NCBI GenBank assembly: GCA_963749495.1
Contig: CAVVMW010000006.1
Coordinates: 1,024,001 to 1,088,000, forward strand
DNA: 64,000 nucleotides
Reading direction: 5' to 3'
From: an uncultured bacterium
GTDB taxonomy: Bacteria > Verrucomicrobiota > Verrucomicrobiia > Limisphaerales > UBA8199
In this document: piece by piece, positions 1 to 8,608 of the stretch
Numbering within the stretch: the stretch's first letter is position 1
How the letters are laid out: every line of letters begins with the position of its first letter
Notes under the pieces: model-generated
Told to the model about the DNA's origin: nothing
Databases searched by the model: none
The model's input: only the letters and a program-made list of their open reading frames with translations
Program-made: the position numbers and the translations under genes

Positions 1-775
1 GGGTGCCGGCGTTGAACAAGCCGCCGCCGGCCGGGGTGGTGCCATAGAGATTGCCGTCAGCGCCCAGGCTCAATCCCCCGGCCGGGTAAGCGCCGGTGTT
101 GGTGCCGTCGAATGAGGCCAACAGATTCACCCCCGCGGTAAGCCTGAGCGGCAAGATAGGGCCGGCATCGGAGGTCGGCCGGGGCGGGCGCGGAGGGGCG
201 ACACCGAAAACGGCGCCCAGGTTGAAGAGGCCGCCGGAGGAGGCGGTGCCGTAGAGGTTGGTATCGGCCGGGTTCTGCACCAGGGCGCCCTCCGGTTGGG
301 CCCCGTTGGTGCCGGCGAAGGCGGCCAGAGTCGTGAATTGGCCTATGCTATTGAAGGCGAAGACGGTGCCGAAACCATTCGAGCCGCCGGCCGAAGTCGT
401 GCCGTAGAAATTGCCGTCCATGCCCTGGACGAGCCTGCCCAGGGGCTTGGCGCCATTGGTGCGGTCGAACGAGACCATGGTGCTGAGCGCACCGGCGGGA
501 GTCAGGGAGAAGGCCGTGCCCTGGTTGTAGGCCCCGCCGGCCGAGGTGGTGCCGTAGAAATTGCCGTTGGTGGCCAGGATGAGCGAGGCATAAGGCTGGG
601 CGCCATTTGTCCCGTAAAACGTGACCAGGGTCTTGAGGGTCGCGGCTTTGGCGGGGAGGCAGCCAAGCGCCAGGCAAAGGAGGAGGCTCGCCGCGGGCTG
701 AACGGGAATTGGAACGTGAAACGTGAAACGGGAAACGGGAAACGTGAAACGGGAAACGGGAACGCGAGTCTTCAT
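1..775 (-). CDS. Secreted beta-propeller-like repeat protein (choice-of-anchor tandem repeat GloVer-like), runs off the window start
   Basis: Own translation from ATG 775: signal peptide ...LLLCLALGCLPAKA, then repeated units NGAQP-x-L...GNFYGTTSAGG-x-GTVF; not in the ORF track because there is no stop in the window. Confidence 0.8.
   Translation of the reverse strand, partial: MKTRVPVSRFTFPVSRFTFHVPIPVQPAASLLLCLALGCLPAKAATLKTLVTFYGTNGAQPYASLILATNGNFYGTTSAGGAYNQGTAFSLTPAGALSTMVSFDRTNGAKPLGRLVQGMDGNFYGTTSAGGSNGFGTVFAFNSIGQFTTLAAFAGTNGAQPEGALVQNPADTNLYGTASSGGLFNLGAVFGVAPPRPPRPTSDAGPILPLRLTAGVNLLASFDGTNTGAYPAGGLSLGADGNLYGTTPAGGGLFNAGT
712..764. repeat. Heptamer tandem array (GAAACG[T/G]) x~7 inside the 5' end of the secreted protein gene
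   Basis: gaacgtgaaacgtgaaacgggaaacgggaaacgtgaaacgggaaacgggaac; encodes PVSRFTFPVSRFTFHV on the - strand. Confidence 0.9.
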
Positions 776-986
776 AGTCAAGTCTGAACGGGCCTGCGCG
801 CCTTTGCGCTTGACTGCTCTTTTACGCCCTCACCCGCAGGGGGCACAAGCCGCAAAATCGAAATAATCAATCCTCAATCTGAATTTTTTCATTCACAGGC
901 AGGGCCGGGTCCAATATAAGATGGGGAGCAGCAGGATGGAACGTGAGATGATGGCGCCGGTCTGATTACTGCCTGACACAACAATT

Positions 987-1652
987 ATGCCGTGGATGGA
1001 ACAACTTCAGTCTGCGAACTGGAGCGAAGTGGTGTGGGTGGTCTTGTGCGCTTATAGCCTGGGCTGCCTGGCCACGGGGTATTACCTGGTCCGCTGGCGG
1101 ACGGGGCAGGACCTGCGGGAGGAGGGCAGCGGGAGCCTGGGGGCCAGGAACGTGGGGCGCGTGTTGGGGCCGGCCGGATTCACGGCCACGCTGGCGGGCG
1201 ACATGGCCAAGGGCGCGCTGGCGGTGTGGGTGGCGCGGCATTTCACCCAAGACGAGCGCCTGGCCGCCCTGGCGTTGCTGGCGGTGGTGGCAGGCCACGT
1301 GTGGCCTGCCCAGTTGCGGTTGCGCGGCGGCAAGGGCGTTGCGACGGCGCTGGGCGGGCTGATGGTCTATGATTTTTACCTGGCGCTGGCCTTTGGTCTG
1401 CTGTTTGCCGCCGGGTTCGCGGCGTTGCGCCGGACGGTGCTGCCCGGGTTGCTGGCCTTCGCCTGCCTGCCGCTGGTCAGCCTGTATTGGGCGGCGGACC
1501 CGGGCCGCCTGCCGGACCCCGCCCGGACGGCGTCGGTGCTGCTCCTGGCTGTCCTGGTCCTGATCGCCCACCGCAGGAATATGATGGCCGAGCTCGCCCG
1601 TTACCTGGAACGTCGCAATATTCATCCCAAACCGAATCGACCTGAATCATGA
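987..1652 (+). CDS. plsY: Glycerol-3-phosphate acyltransferase, PlsY family
   Basis: Motifs AYSLG...GSGSLGARNVGR, DMAKG, GHVWP...GGKGVAT, HRRN; multiple TM segments. Confidence 0.8.
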   Translation: MPWMEQLQSANWSEVVWVVLCAYSLGCLATGYYLVRWRTGQDLREEGSGSLGARNVGRVLGPAGFTATLAGDMAKGALAVWVARHFTQDERLAALALLAVVAGHVWPAQLRLRGGKGVATALGGLMVYDFYLALAFGLLFAAGFAALRRTVLPGLLAFACLPLVSLYWAADPGRLPDPARTASVLLLAVLVLIAHRRNMMAELARYLERRNIHPKPNRPES

Positions 1653-3295
1653 GTTCACGAGACCCGTTGGTATTCAAATTTGCGGCCGAGGAGTGGGAGT
1701 TCGAGCAGATCCACCGGCTCAACTACAAGACCTTCGTCGAGGAGATCCCGCAGCACCGGGCCTCGCCCTCGCACCGGTTGGTGGACAAGTTCCACGCGCA
1801 GAACACCTACCTGATCTGCCTGTGCGGGCGGAAGCTGGCGGGGATGCTGGCGATCCGGGCCAACCGGCCCTTCTCGCTGGACCAAAAGCTGCCCGGGCTG
1901 GATAGCTACCTGCCGCCGGGGCGGAACGTGTGCGAAATCCGGCTTCTGGCCGTCGAGAAGCAGTTCCGGGGCGCCCAGGTCCTGCAGGGGATTCTGGCCT
2001 TGCTCTGGCAGCACGGGATCGAGAAAGGCTACGACCTGGCCATCATCTCGGGCACCACACGCCAATTCAAACTCTACCAGCACCTGGGCTTCGTTCCATT
2101 TGGGCCGCTGGTGGGAACCGGCGAGGCCCAGTTCCAGCCGATGTACGTGACCCTCCAGACCTTCGAGCACACGGCGCGCGAGTTCCTGCGCTCCGCCCCC
2201 TCCAGGGCCTTCCAGCCCAGCGCCGTCAATTTCCTCCCAGGCCCGGTCGCCGTCCGCCGCGAGGTGCGGCGCGCCTTCGAGCAGGCCCCGGAATCGCACC
2301 GCGGCGAGGCCTTCGCGCGGGATTTCCAGGCCACCAAGCAACTCCTGTGCGAATTGGTGCGCGCCGGCAATGTGGAGTTGTTGCTGGGCTCGGGCACGCT
2401 GGCCAACGACGTCGTGGGAGGCCAACTCGCGGTGGAAGGCGGGCGCGGCCTGGTCCTGAGCAACGGTGAATTCGGGGAGCGGCTGATCGACCACGCCCGC
2501 CGCTTCGGCCTGGACTTCGAGGCCGTGCAGGTGCCCTGGGGCCGGCCCCTGGATCTCGAGGCGGCGCGAGAGCGCTTGGGCAGGCTCCCGGCGCCAAGCT
2601 GGGTCTGGTGCGCGCATTGCGAGACCTCGACCGGTGTCCTGAACGACCTCGATGGCCTTAAGGCGCTCTGTGCCCAATTCAACGCCCGGCTATGCCTGGA
2701 TGCGATCAGTTCCATCGGCACTCTCCCGGTCGATCTGAGCGGCGTCTCTTTCGCAACCTGCGCCAGCGGCAAGGGCCTGCGCTCGTATCCTGGCATTTCC
2801 ATGGTCTTTTACCATCACCGGCCCATTGCGTCCCCGTCGCCGCGCCTGCTGCCTCGCTATCTGGACCTGGCCTGCTATGCCGGCCAGCCGGCGGCCCCCT
2901 TCACCTTCTCCTCGAACCTGGTCCACGCCCTCCAGGCCGCCTTGCGGCGCGTCCCCTGGGAGCACCGGTTTGCCGAATTGCTCGAACGCTCCGCCTGGCT
3001 CCGCGCCCGGTTGGCCCAACTCGGTTTCGAGCTGCTTGGTTCCAATACACGCACCTCTCCGGCCGTGGTGACTATCGCCCTGCCGGAGCATTTGAACTCC
3101 GTCAAGCTCGGCGGCCTGCTCCAGGAATCCGGCTTCCTCCTGAGCTGCAACAGCGAGTATCTCCGGCAGAAAAACTGGATTCAAATCTGCCTCATGGGAG
3201 AGTGCTCCAAGGAGAGGCTCGTCGCGCTCCTCAACGCCCTCAAGCGCCTCGGCCTGCGGCGCCATCCCGGCCTGCCTGTGGCGGCAGAGGCCTAA
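1649..3295 (+). CDS. Fusion of a GNAT/N-acyl-amino-acid-synthase-like domain and a class V PLP-dependent aminotransferase
   Basis: N-term IHRLNYKTFVEEIPQH...CEIRLLAV...LYQHLGF; C-term NFLPGP, HCETSTG, DAISS, SGKGL (PLP lysine); ATGA overlap with plsY. Confidence 0.8.
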   Translation: MSSRDPLVFKFAAEEWEFEQIHRLNYKTFVEEIPQHRASPSHRLVDKFHAQNTYLICLCGRKLAGMLAIRANRPFSLDQKLPGLDSYLPPGRNVCEIRLLAVEKQFRGAQVLQGILALLWQHGIEKGYDLAIISGTTRQFKLYQHLGFVPFGPLVGTGEAQFQPMYVTLQTFEHTAREFLRSAPSRAFQPSAVNFLPGPVAVRREVRRAFEQAPESHRGEAFARDFQATKQLLCELVRAGNVELLLGSGTLANDVVGGQLAVEGGRGLVLSNGEFGERLIDHARRFGLDFEAVQVPWGRPLDLEAARERLGRLPAPSWVWCAHCETSTGVLNDLDGLKALCAQFNARLCLDAISSIGTLPVDLSGVSFATCASGKGLRSYPGISMVFYHHRPIASPSPRLLPRYLDLACYAGQPAAPFTFSSNLVHALQAALRRVPWEHRFAELLERSAWLRARLAQLGFELLGSNTRTSPAVVTIALPEHLNSVKLGGLLQESGFLLSCNSEYLRQKNWIQICLMGECSKERLVALLNALKRLGLRRHPGLPVAAEA

Positions 3296-3476
3296 GCCTC
3301 GCGGCCCAAGGGGCCGCCAAGGGGAGGGGTCAAACCATAACTTTTCACTTTTTGACCTCCTCCGGCTCGGTCTTGCGGCGCAGATACAGCTTGTTGTTCA
3401 GGCTCTTCCAACTGCCCATGTGCAACCGCTCGGCGATTTGGCGGACGGTCACGAGGAGGGGTCAAACCATAACTTT

Positions 3477-4430
3477 TCACTTTTTGACCTCCTCCGGCTC
3501 GGTCTTGCGGCGCAGATACAGCTTGTTGTTCAGGCTCTTCCAACTGCCCATGTGCAACCGCTCGGCGATTTGGCGGACGGTCAAGGTGGTCTCGCGCCGC
3601 AACCGCGCCGCCAGGGCCAGCTTTGCCGGGTCGCCCTTCAAGTGCCCCTTCAAGTCATCCTGGCTCCATCGCAAACGCTTCAACTCCTCCGCAACGATGC
3701 GCTCCCCTTTGGCTTCGGCGCTCTCACGCCTCAACTTCCCCGAATGCTGATCACTCAGGCGCGCGTCCATCTGCTCCAACAGCTTGGCGCGGAACTCCTC
3801 GCTGCCCAGACACCAGCCGCGCTTTAGTGGTTTCCATTGGGCCGCATCGTCCTCCTCGGTGCGGCGGCGCTCCATCTGCCGCTCAAACTGCTCTCGTCCG
3901 CAAGCGGTGTCTTTTTGGATCCCGTGTTCGCCCAGCAAGCGGTCCACCCGCATCCAGCCCGGTCGGTGTTCCGGCGCGGCCAAATACCAAGCCAAGCTGC
4001 TCCAGGGATACTCCAACAAGCGTTCTTCCCTACCCAACAGCCCTGCCCGGACCGGATTCAGATGCACGTAGTCACAGGCCCTGCGCAGATACCCGTTGCC
4101 GCTGCCCTCGACCACAATCGCCTTGTAGCGTCCGCTGAACACGTGACCGGAAAGCTTGTGCCGGCCGTTGAGCCGGATGGTATAGCTGCTCAGCAGCCAG
4201 CGCATTCCCGCCACCAGATTGGCGTTGGGCGTTTCGACGACCAGGTGGAAATGGTTGCGCATCAGACAGTAGGCATGGACCTGGAAACCGGTCTTCTGGC
4301 AGCACTCGGCCAGCGTCTTGAGAAAGTCCTGCCGGTCCACGTCATCCAGGTAAATGTCTTCCCGGCGGTCCCCACGGCTCAAGATGTGGTAAATCGCCCC
4401 GGGGTATTCGACTCTGATTTGCCGCGGCAT
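3477..4430 (-). CDS. REP-associated tyrosine transposase-like (Y1 HUH) with C-terminal HTH, copy 1
   Basis: YHILSRG, HAYCLMRNHFHL (HUH), FSGRYKA, YVHLNPVRAGL, YPWSS motifs. Confidence 0.9.
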   Translation of the reverse strand: MPRQIRVEYPGAIYHILSRGDRREDIYLDDVDRQDFLKTLAECCQKTGFQVHAYCLMRNHFHLVVETPNANLVAGMRWLLSSYTIRLNGRHKLSGHVFSGRYKAIVVEGSGNGYLRRACDYVHLNPVRAGLLGREERLLEYPWSSLAWYLAAPEHRPGWMRVDRLLGEHGIQKDTACGREQFERQMERRRTEEDDAAQWKPLKRGWCLGSEEFRAKLLEQMDARLSDQHSGKLRRESAEAKGERIVAEELKRLRWSQDDLKGHLKGDPAKLALAARLRRETTLTVRQIAERLHMGSWKSLNNKLYLRRKTEPEEVKK

Positions 4431-4491
4431 CGGCAACACTCTGCCCGTACCCCTGGCCTCCCGTCAAGTGAAAAGTTATGGTTTGACCCCT

Positions 4492-5454
4492 TCATCCTTC
4501 ATCCTTTTTGACCTCCTCCGGCTCGGTCTTGCGGCGCAGATACAGCTTGTTGTTCAGGCTCTTCCAACTGCCCATGTGCAACCGCTGGGCGATTTGGCGG
4601 ACGGTCAAGGTGGTCTCGCGCCGCAACCGCGCCGCCAGGGCCAGCTTTGCCGGGTCGCCCTTCAAGTGCCCCTTCAAGTCATCCTGGCTCCATCGCAAAC
4701 GCTTCAACTCCTCCGCAACGATGCGCTCCCCTTTGGCTTCGGCGCTCTCACGCCTCAACTTCCCCGAATGCTGATCACTCAGGCGCGCGTCCATCTGCTC
4801 CAACAGCTTGGCGCGGAACTCCTCGCTGCCCAGACACCAGCCGCGCTTTAGTGGTTTCCATTGGGCCGCATCGTCCTCCTCGGTGCGGCGGCGCTCCATC
4901 TGCCGCTCAAACTGCTCTCGTCCGCAAGCGGTGTCTTTTTGGATCCCGTGTTCGCCCAGCAAGCGGTCCACCCGCATCCAGCCCGGTCGGTGTTCCGGCG
5001 CGGCCAAATACCAAGCCAAGCTGCTCCAGGGATACTCCAACAAGCGTTCTTCCCTACCCAACAGCCCTGCCCGGACCGGATTCAGATGCACGTAGTCACA
5101 GGCCGTGCGCAGATACCCGTTGCCGCTGCCCTCGACCACAATCGCCTTGTAGCGTCCGCTGAACACGTGACCGGAAAGCTTGTGCCGGCCGTTGAGCCGG
5201 ATGGTATAGCTGCTCAGCAGCCAGCGCATTCCCGCCACCAGATTGGCGTTGGGCGTTTCGACGACCAGGTGGAAATGGTTGCGCATCAGACAGTAGGCAT
5301 GGACCTGGAAACCGGTCTTCTGGCAGCACTCGGCCAGCGTCTTGAGAAAGTCCTGCCGGTCCACGTCATCCAGGTAAATGTCTTCCCGGCGGTCCCCACG
5401 GCTCAAGATGTGGTAAATCGCCCCGGGGTATTCGACTCTGATTTGCCGCGGCAT
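4492..5454 (-). CDS. REP-associated tyrosine transposase-like (Y1 HUH), copy 2
   Basis: Near-identical to copy 1 (R/T and E/Q substitutions; C-terminus extended by DEG). Confidence 0.9.
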   Translation of the reverse strand: MPRQIRVEYPGAIYHILSRGDRREDIYLDDVDRQDFLKTLAECCQKTGFQVHAYCLMRNHFHLVVETPNANLVAGMRWLLSSYTIRLNGRHKLSGHVFSGRYKAIVVEGSGNGYLRTACDYVHLNPVRAGLLGREERLLEYPWSSLAWYLAAPEHRPGWMRVDRLLGEHGIQKDTACGREQFERQMERRRTEEDDAAQWKPLKRGWCLGSEEFRAKLLEQMDARLSDQHSGKLRRESAEAKGERIVAEELKRLRWSQDDLKGHLKGDPAKLALAARLRRETTLTVRQIAQRLHMGSWKSLNNKLYLRRKTEPEEVKKDEG

Positions 5455-5499
5455 CGGCAACACTCTGCCAGTACCCCTGGCCTCCCGTCAAGTGAAAAG

Positions 5500-6636
5500 T
5501 TATGGTCTGACCCCTTCACCTTCACCTTCACGCACCACGGCATGGCAGCGGAGGCAGGCGCCGCTGTCGGCCATCATGGTCAAGGACGTTCCCAGGTCGG
5601 GGTCGGAGACATAGGCGTGGTCGTTGTGCATGACCTCAGTCAGGGGACGCATCTGGCTGGCGCCCGTGCCGGGCAAGGCCTCCGAGGGGTGGCAGCGGGC
5701 GCAAAGGACCGGGAGGCCATCCGCGACGGCCGTGGCGATCAGGCCGGCCTGGTCATAACCGACTTCATTGAGGACGTTCGAATAGAGGCCGGTGCCCAGG
5801 TAATGGTGGTCATGGCTGCGGAGGATGTTGAGCTTGTAGTCCTTCTTGGAGTCGGTGTGCCAGGCCCAGCCTTGCGGGGGACGCGCCGCAGCTCGGGCGC
5901 CCGAGCCATGGCAGGCCCGGCAGTCCATCCCGTCGGAGACCGGCAGAACAACCTGCGTGCTGGCGATGAGATTGCTGGCGCTGTCCCGCGCGACCAGGCG
6001 CATCAGGGGAAAAGAGTTCTTGGCGCCGGCGTCATCATACGGGGTGAGGGGGATGCCGTAGGCGCTGAACTGGTTCTGGCCGGGCTCAAAGACCATGGGT
6101 TGGGGGACGTTGGTCGGGCCGGGCATGGAAAAACCGGCCGGCCCCTCGTCCACCTGCAAGGGCATGTTGAAAAGGGCCTGCGCGTATTGATCAAAGGTGC
6201 CCTTGCCTTGGGAAGTGGTGTTGATGGAGCCATTGGGATCGGCAACGGCTTCGTAGGTCACGGAGATGCCGGTGGGGTCCCTTACCAGAATGCCATTGGC
6301 GATGAGCTGCGCGTGAATCGTGCTGTAGGGAGGCGAGAGAACAAAGATGGAAGCGTCGTCACCGTCGGTCTCCCGGAGCCCCGTCTCGCTCCAGCCGACG
6401 AGGGTGGCGTTGGTGGCCGCGCGCGAAGACCCAAGGCCGAACTGTGCAAACAGGATTAGGATGACCAGAACCTGTCCAAAAACCACTTTGTCCGGCACTT
6501 TGTCGAAGAAATGGCCGGACTTCGACAAAGTGCAAGACGAAGTGCCGGAATTCCGGCTTCTTGGACAAGCTCTGACTCGAGTTCGATACAGGTGCAACAG
6601 GCAATGATTGTCCATAGACCTTGGCCTCAGAACCAT
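5500..6636 (-). CDS. Secreted multiheme c-type cytochrome-like protein, probably 3'-truncated by the RAYT element
   Basis: Three CxxCH motifs (CRACH, CARCH, CLRCH); signal-like N-terminus; ORF runs into repeats and stops inside the element's inverted repeat. Confidence 0.7.
   Translation of the reverse strand: MVLRPRSMDNHCLLHLYRTRVRACPRSRNSGTSSCTLSKSGHFFDKVPDKVVFGQVLVILILFAQFGLGSSRAATNATLVGWSETGLRETDGDDASIFVLSPPYSTIHAQLIANGILVRDPTGISVTYEAVADPNGSINTTSQGKGTFDQYAQALFNMPLQVDEGPAGFSMPGPTNVPQPMVFEPGQNQFSAYGIPLTPYDDAGAKNSFPLMRLVARDSASNLIASTQVVLPVSDGMDCRACHGSGARAAARPPQGWAWHTDSKKDYKLNILRSHDHHYLGTGLYSNVLNEVGYDQAGLIATAVADGLPVLCARCHPSEALPGTGASQMRPLTEVMHNDHAYVSDPDLGTSLTMMADSGACLRCHAVVREGEGEGVRP
6485..6543. 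repeat. Degenerate 12-mer hairpin element (ACTTTGTC.../...GACAAAGT) in the 5' part of the cytochrome ORF
   Basis: cactttgtccggcactttgtcgaag...cttcgacaaagtgcaagacgaagt; related to the elements at 11258, 30406 and 31693. Confidence 0.7.
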
Positions 6637-7823
6637 ACGCTTGAACCCACGGTCACGATGTTGGCGTGGGGATAGGCGCTCTGGGAGGTGACGCCATCCA
6701 GGCCAATCATTTCGTAGCGTTTGAAGGCGGCGTTGATCGAGAGCCAGGACAGAACGCGCACGCTCACCTCGGCCCCGTAGGTGAACGATTGCAGGCGCGA
6801 GAGCCGATAGTCCGCCGAGTAGTAGGTTGGAATCGGGGTGGGATTGGCGGGGTTCGAGGGGTCGCCGGGCAATTGAGTCGCGTAGAAGTCGGCGGCGCTT
6901 TGCTCGTAGTATCGGAACAGGGGTGAGACCAGGACGCGTGAGCCGGCCTTCTGGTGCCAGGCAACGCCGATGGTATGGGCGAAGATGCCGAACGAATCGG
7001 CATAGAACCGATAGGAGCCTTCGGCGCTGGCGCGCAAGGGCTTCACGTATTGCAGGACCGAGCCGAAGACGGTGTAGCTTTCGCGGTAGTTGGGGCGTTT
7101 TTCCGCGAAGAGGCTCGGGTTGTTGAGGTCGGCTTGAGGGTAGGCCTCGAAGAGCACGCCCCGGTAAGGGTCATTCAGATAGCCCGAGCTGTTGCCGAAG
7201 GTGAAATTGGCGGTCAGGACCGTGTTGGGCCCGAGCAATTGGTCGGCGCCGATAAAGACATCATCCGTAATCTTGTGCTGCTCCCTGAAGATGTAGGTCG
7301 CGGAGTTGGGAATGATGGTGTCCGAATCATGGGCCCAGCCCAGATTCAGGATGGTGTTCTTCTCGTTCAGGTCCAGCGAGTAGTTCAACGCGCCGCCGTA
7401 GGAGACGTAGTCGTGCTCCGAGCTGTAAGAGAACTCCGGGGTCAAATGGTGCGGGCCGTAGCTCAAGGCCGCATCCATGACCCCCGCCCAGCGCTTGTCC
7501 CGCATGAATGCCGTCGGCACACTGTTCTTGAGCGGACCCGCCGGGGGAAACGGGGTCTTGACCTGCGAGGGGGGCGGAGCGCCTACCGGCGTGTTGCCGG
7601 AGATGGCGTCATAGATCGCCTTGCCCTTGAGCGTGAGCCATGGAGTGGCGGTCTTCTCGAAAAGCCAGGACTGAGTCTGGACGCCGATGCGCCCGTGCTC
7701 CTCCTGGTAGTTCTCGAAACGGTAGTCAACATGGTCCTCGCCGCCGGCGCGGTTGAGTTGCAGCAGGTAAAGGCCGGCGGCCAGACCCCACCGCACCGTG
7801 CCTTGGATGACTTTCTCGTTCAT
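6627..7823 (-). CDS. DUF3570-family outer-membrane beta-barrel protein
   Basis: DAISGNTP, SSEHDYVS, GYLNDPY, YRFYADSFGI, YRLS motifs; terminal WF; gene context. Confidence 0.75.
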   Translation of the reverse strand: MNEKVIQGTVRWGLAAGLYLLQLNRAGGEDHVDYRFENYQEEHGRIGVQTQSWLFEKTATPWLTLKGKAIYDAISGNTPVGAPPPSQVKTPFPPAGPLKNSVPTAFMRDKRWAGVMDAALSYGPHHLTPEFSYSSEHDYVSYGGALNYSLDLNEKNTILNLGWAHDSDTIIPNSATYIFREQHKITDDVFIGADQLLGPNTVLTANFTFGNSSGYLNDPYRGVLFEAYPQADLNNPSLFAEKRPNYRESYTVFGSVLQYVKPLRASAEGSYRFYADSFGIFAHTIGVAWHQKAGSRVLVSPLFRYYEQSAADFYATQLPGDPSNPANPTPIPTYYSADYRLSRLQSFTYGAEVSVRVLSWLSINAAFKRYEMIGLDGVTSQSAYPHANIVTVGSSVWF

Positions 7824-7841
7824 CTGAGGACTCTCGGCTCG

Positions 7842-8066
7842 TCAATTGCACCCGCAGCCGCCGCCGCCCACACCGCGCCCCCCGGAGGCGGCTTCGCGCG
7901 AGAAGAAGATGTGCTCATCCGCTGCGGTTCCCAGAGGGTCGAGGTCCGCGCTCATGATCGGGTCGGCCAGCCCGCCGCGCTGCCACGGTTTGACGTGCTG
8001 ACAGCCGGTGCACAACACAAAGCCCGCGGCCGCCAGGGCTGCCAGCAGAAGCCATTTCGCCTTCAT
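7842..8066 (-). CDS. DUF4266-family small lipoprotein
   Basis: Lipobox-like TGC, VKPWQRG, SREAASGG...GGGCGCN C-terminus. Confidence 0.85.
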   Translation of the reverse strand: MKAKWLLLAALAAAGFVLCTGCQHVKPWQRGGLADPIMSADLDPLGTAADEHIFFSREAASGGRGVGGGGCGCN

Positions 8067-8608
8067 TTGCCGAGCAGGGATTCGATCTGTTGCTCGTATT
8101 TCTTCCGGGTTTCAGCCCCGCGAAAGCTGGTATGGGCGAACCGGACCTTGCCCTCCCCGTCCAGCAGGAATGAACTGGGCATCGTGGCCACATCCACGCG
8201 GGCCACCAGTTTTTGGGCGGCATCGCGCACCACAGCGAACGAGACCGGGTTCTTTTGCAGGAACTTGTCCATGTCCTTCTTGTTCTGGTCCACGCTGATG
8301 GCAATAATGACCAGGCCGCGGGGGCCGTACTTTTTGTGCAGTTCTTCCATTACCGGGAACGATTGCTTGCAGGGGCCGCACCAGGACGCCCAGAAGTCCA
8401 CTAACACCACTTTGCCCTTGAGGTCGGCAGGGCAATCGCCCTCCAGGCCCGCTGCGCGCAGATCGGGGAAGGGGTCGCCCGTCTTGAGGCTGGCCGTGCC
8501 GGCCTGGGCGCTCGGGCCAACCAAGACCCACAGGGCCACCGCCAGGCCGGAAAGCCCGGCCAACCGGCGGCCTGCAAAGACCGCCCTGCTAAGACGTGGT
8601 GTAAGCAT
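8063..8608 (-). CDS. TlpA/ResA-like thiol-disulfide reductase
   Basis: VVLVDFWASWCGPCK thioredoxin motif; signal peptide. Confidence 0.9.
   Translation of the reverse strand: MLTPRLSRAVFAGRRLAGLSGLAVALWVLVGPSAQAGTASLKTGDPFPDLRAAGLEGDCPADLKGKVVLVDFWASWCGPCKQSFPVMEELHKKYGPRGLVIIAISVDQNKKDMDKFLQKNPVSFAVVRDAAQKLVARVDVATMPSSFLLDGEGKVRFAHTSFRGAETRKKYEQQIESLLGK

Larger units (their letters stand above)
3325..5515 (-). mobile_element. Tandem array of a RAYT-like Y1 transposase element: 127-bp partial copy, full copy, second copy lacking one end; 26-bp terminal inverted repeats
   Basis: AGGGGTCAAACCATAACTTTTCACTT at 3325-3350 and 3457-3482; its reverse complement at 4466-4491 and (1 mismatch) 5490-5515; repeat period 1024 bp. 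Confidence 0.9.

Noticed and set aside
3477..5454. Tandem transposase copies as a pure assembly duplication
   Set aside because: The copies differ by several substitutions and have distinct junction sequences; read confirmation is still advisable.
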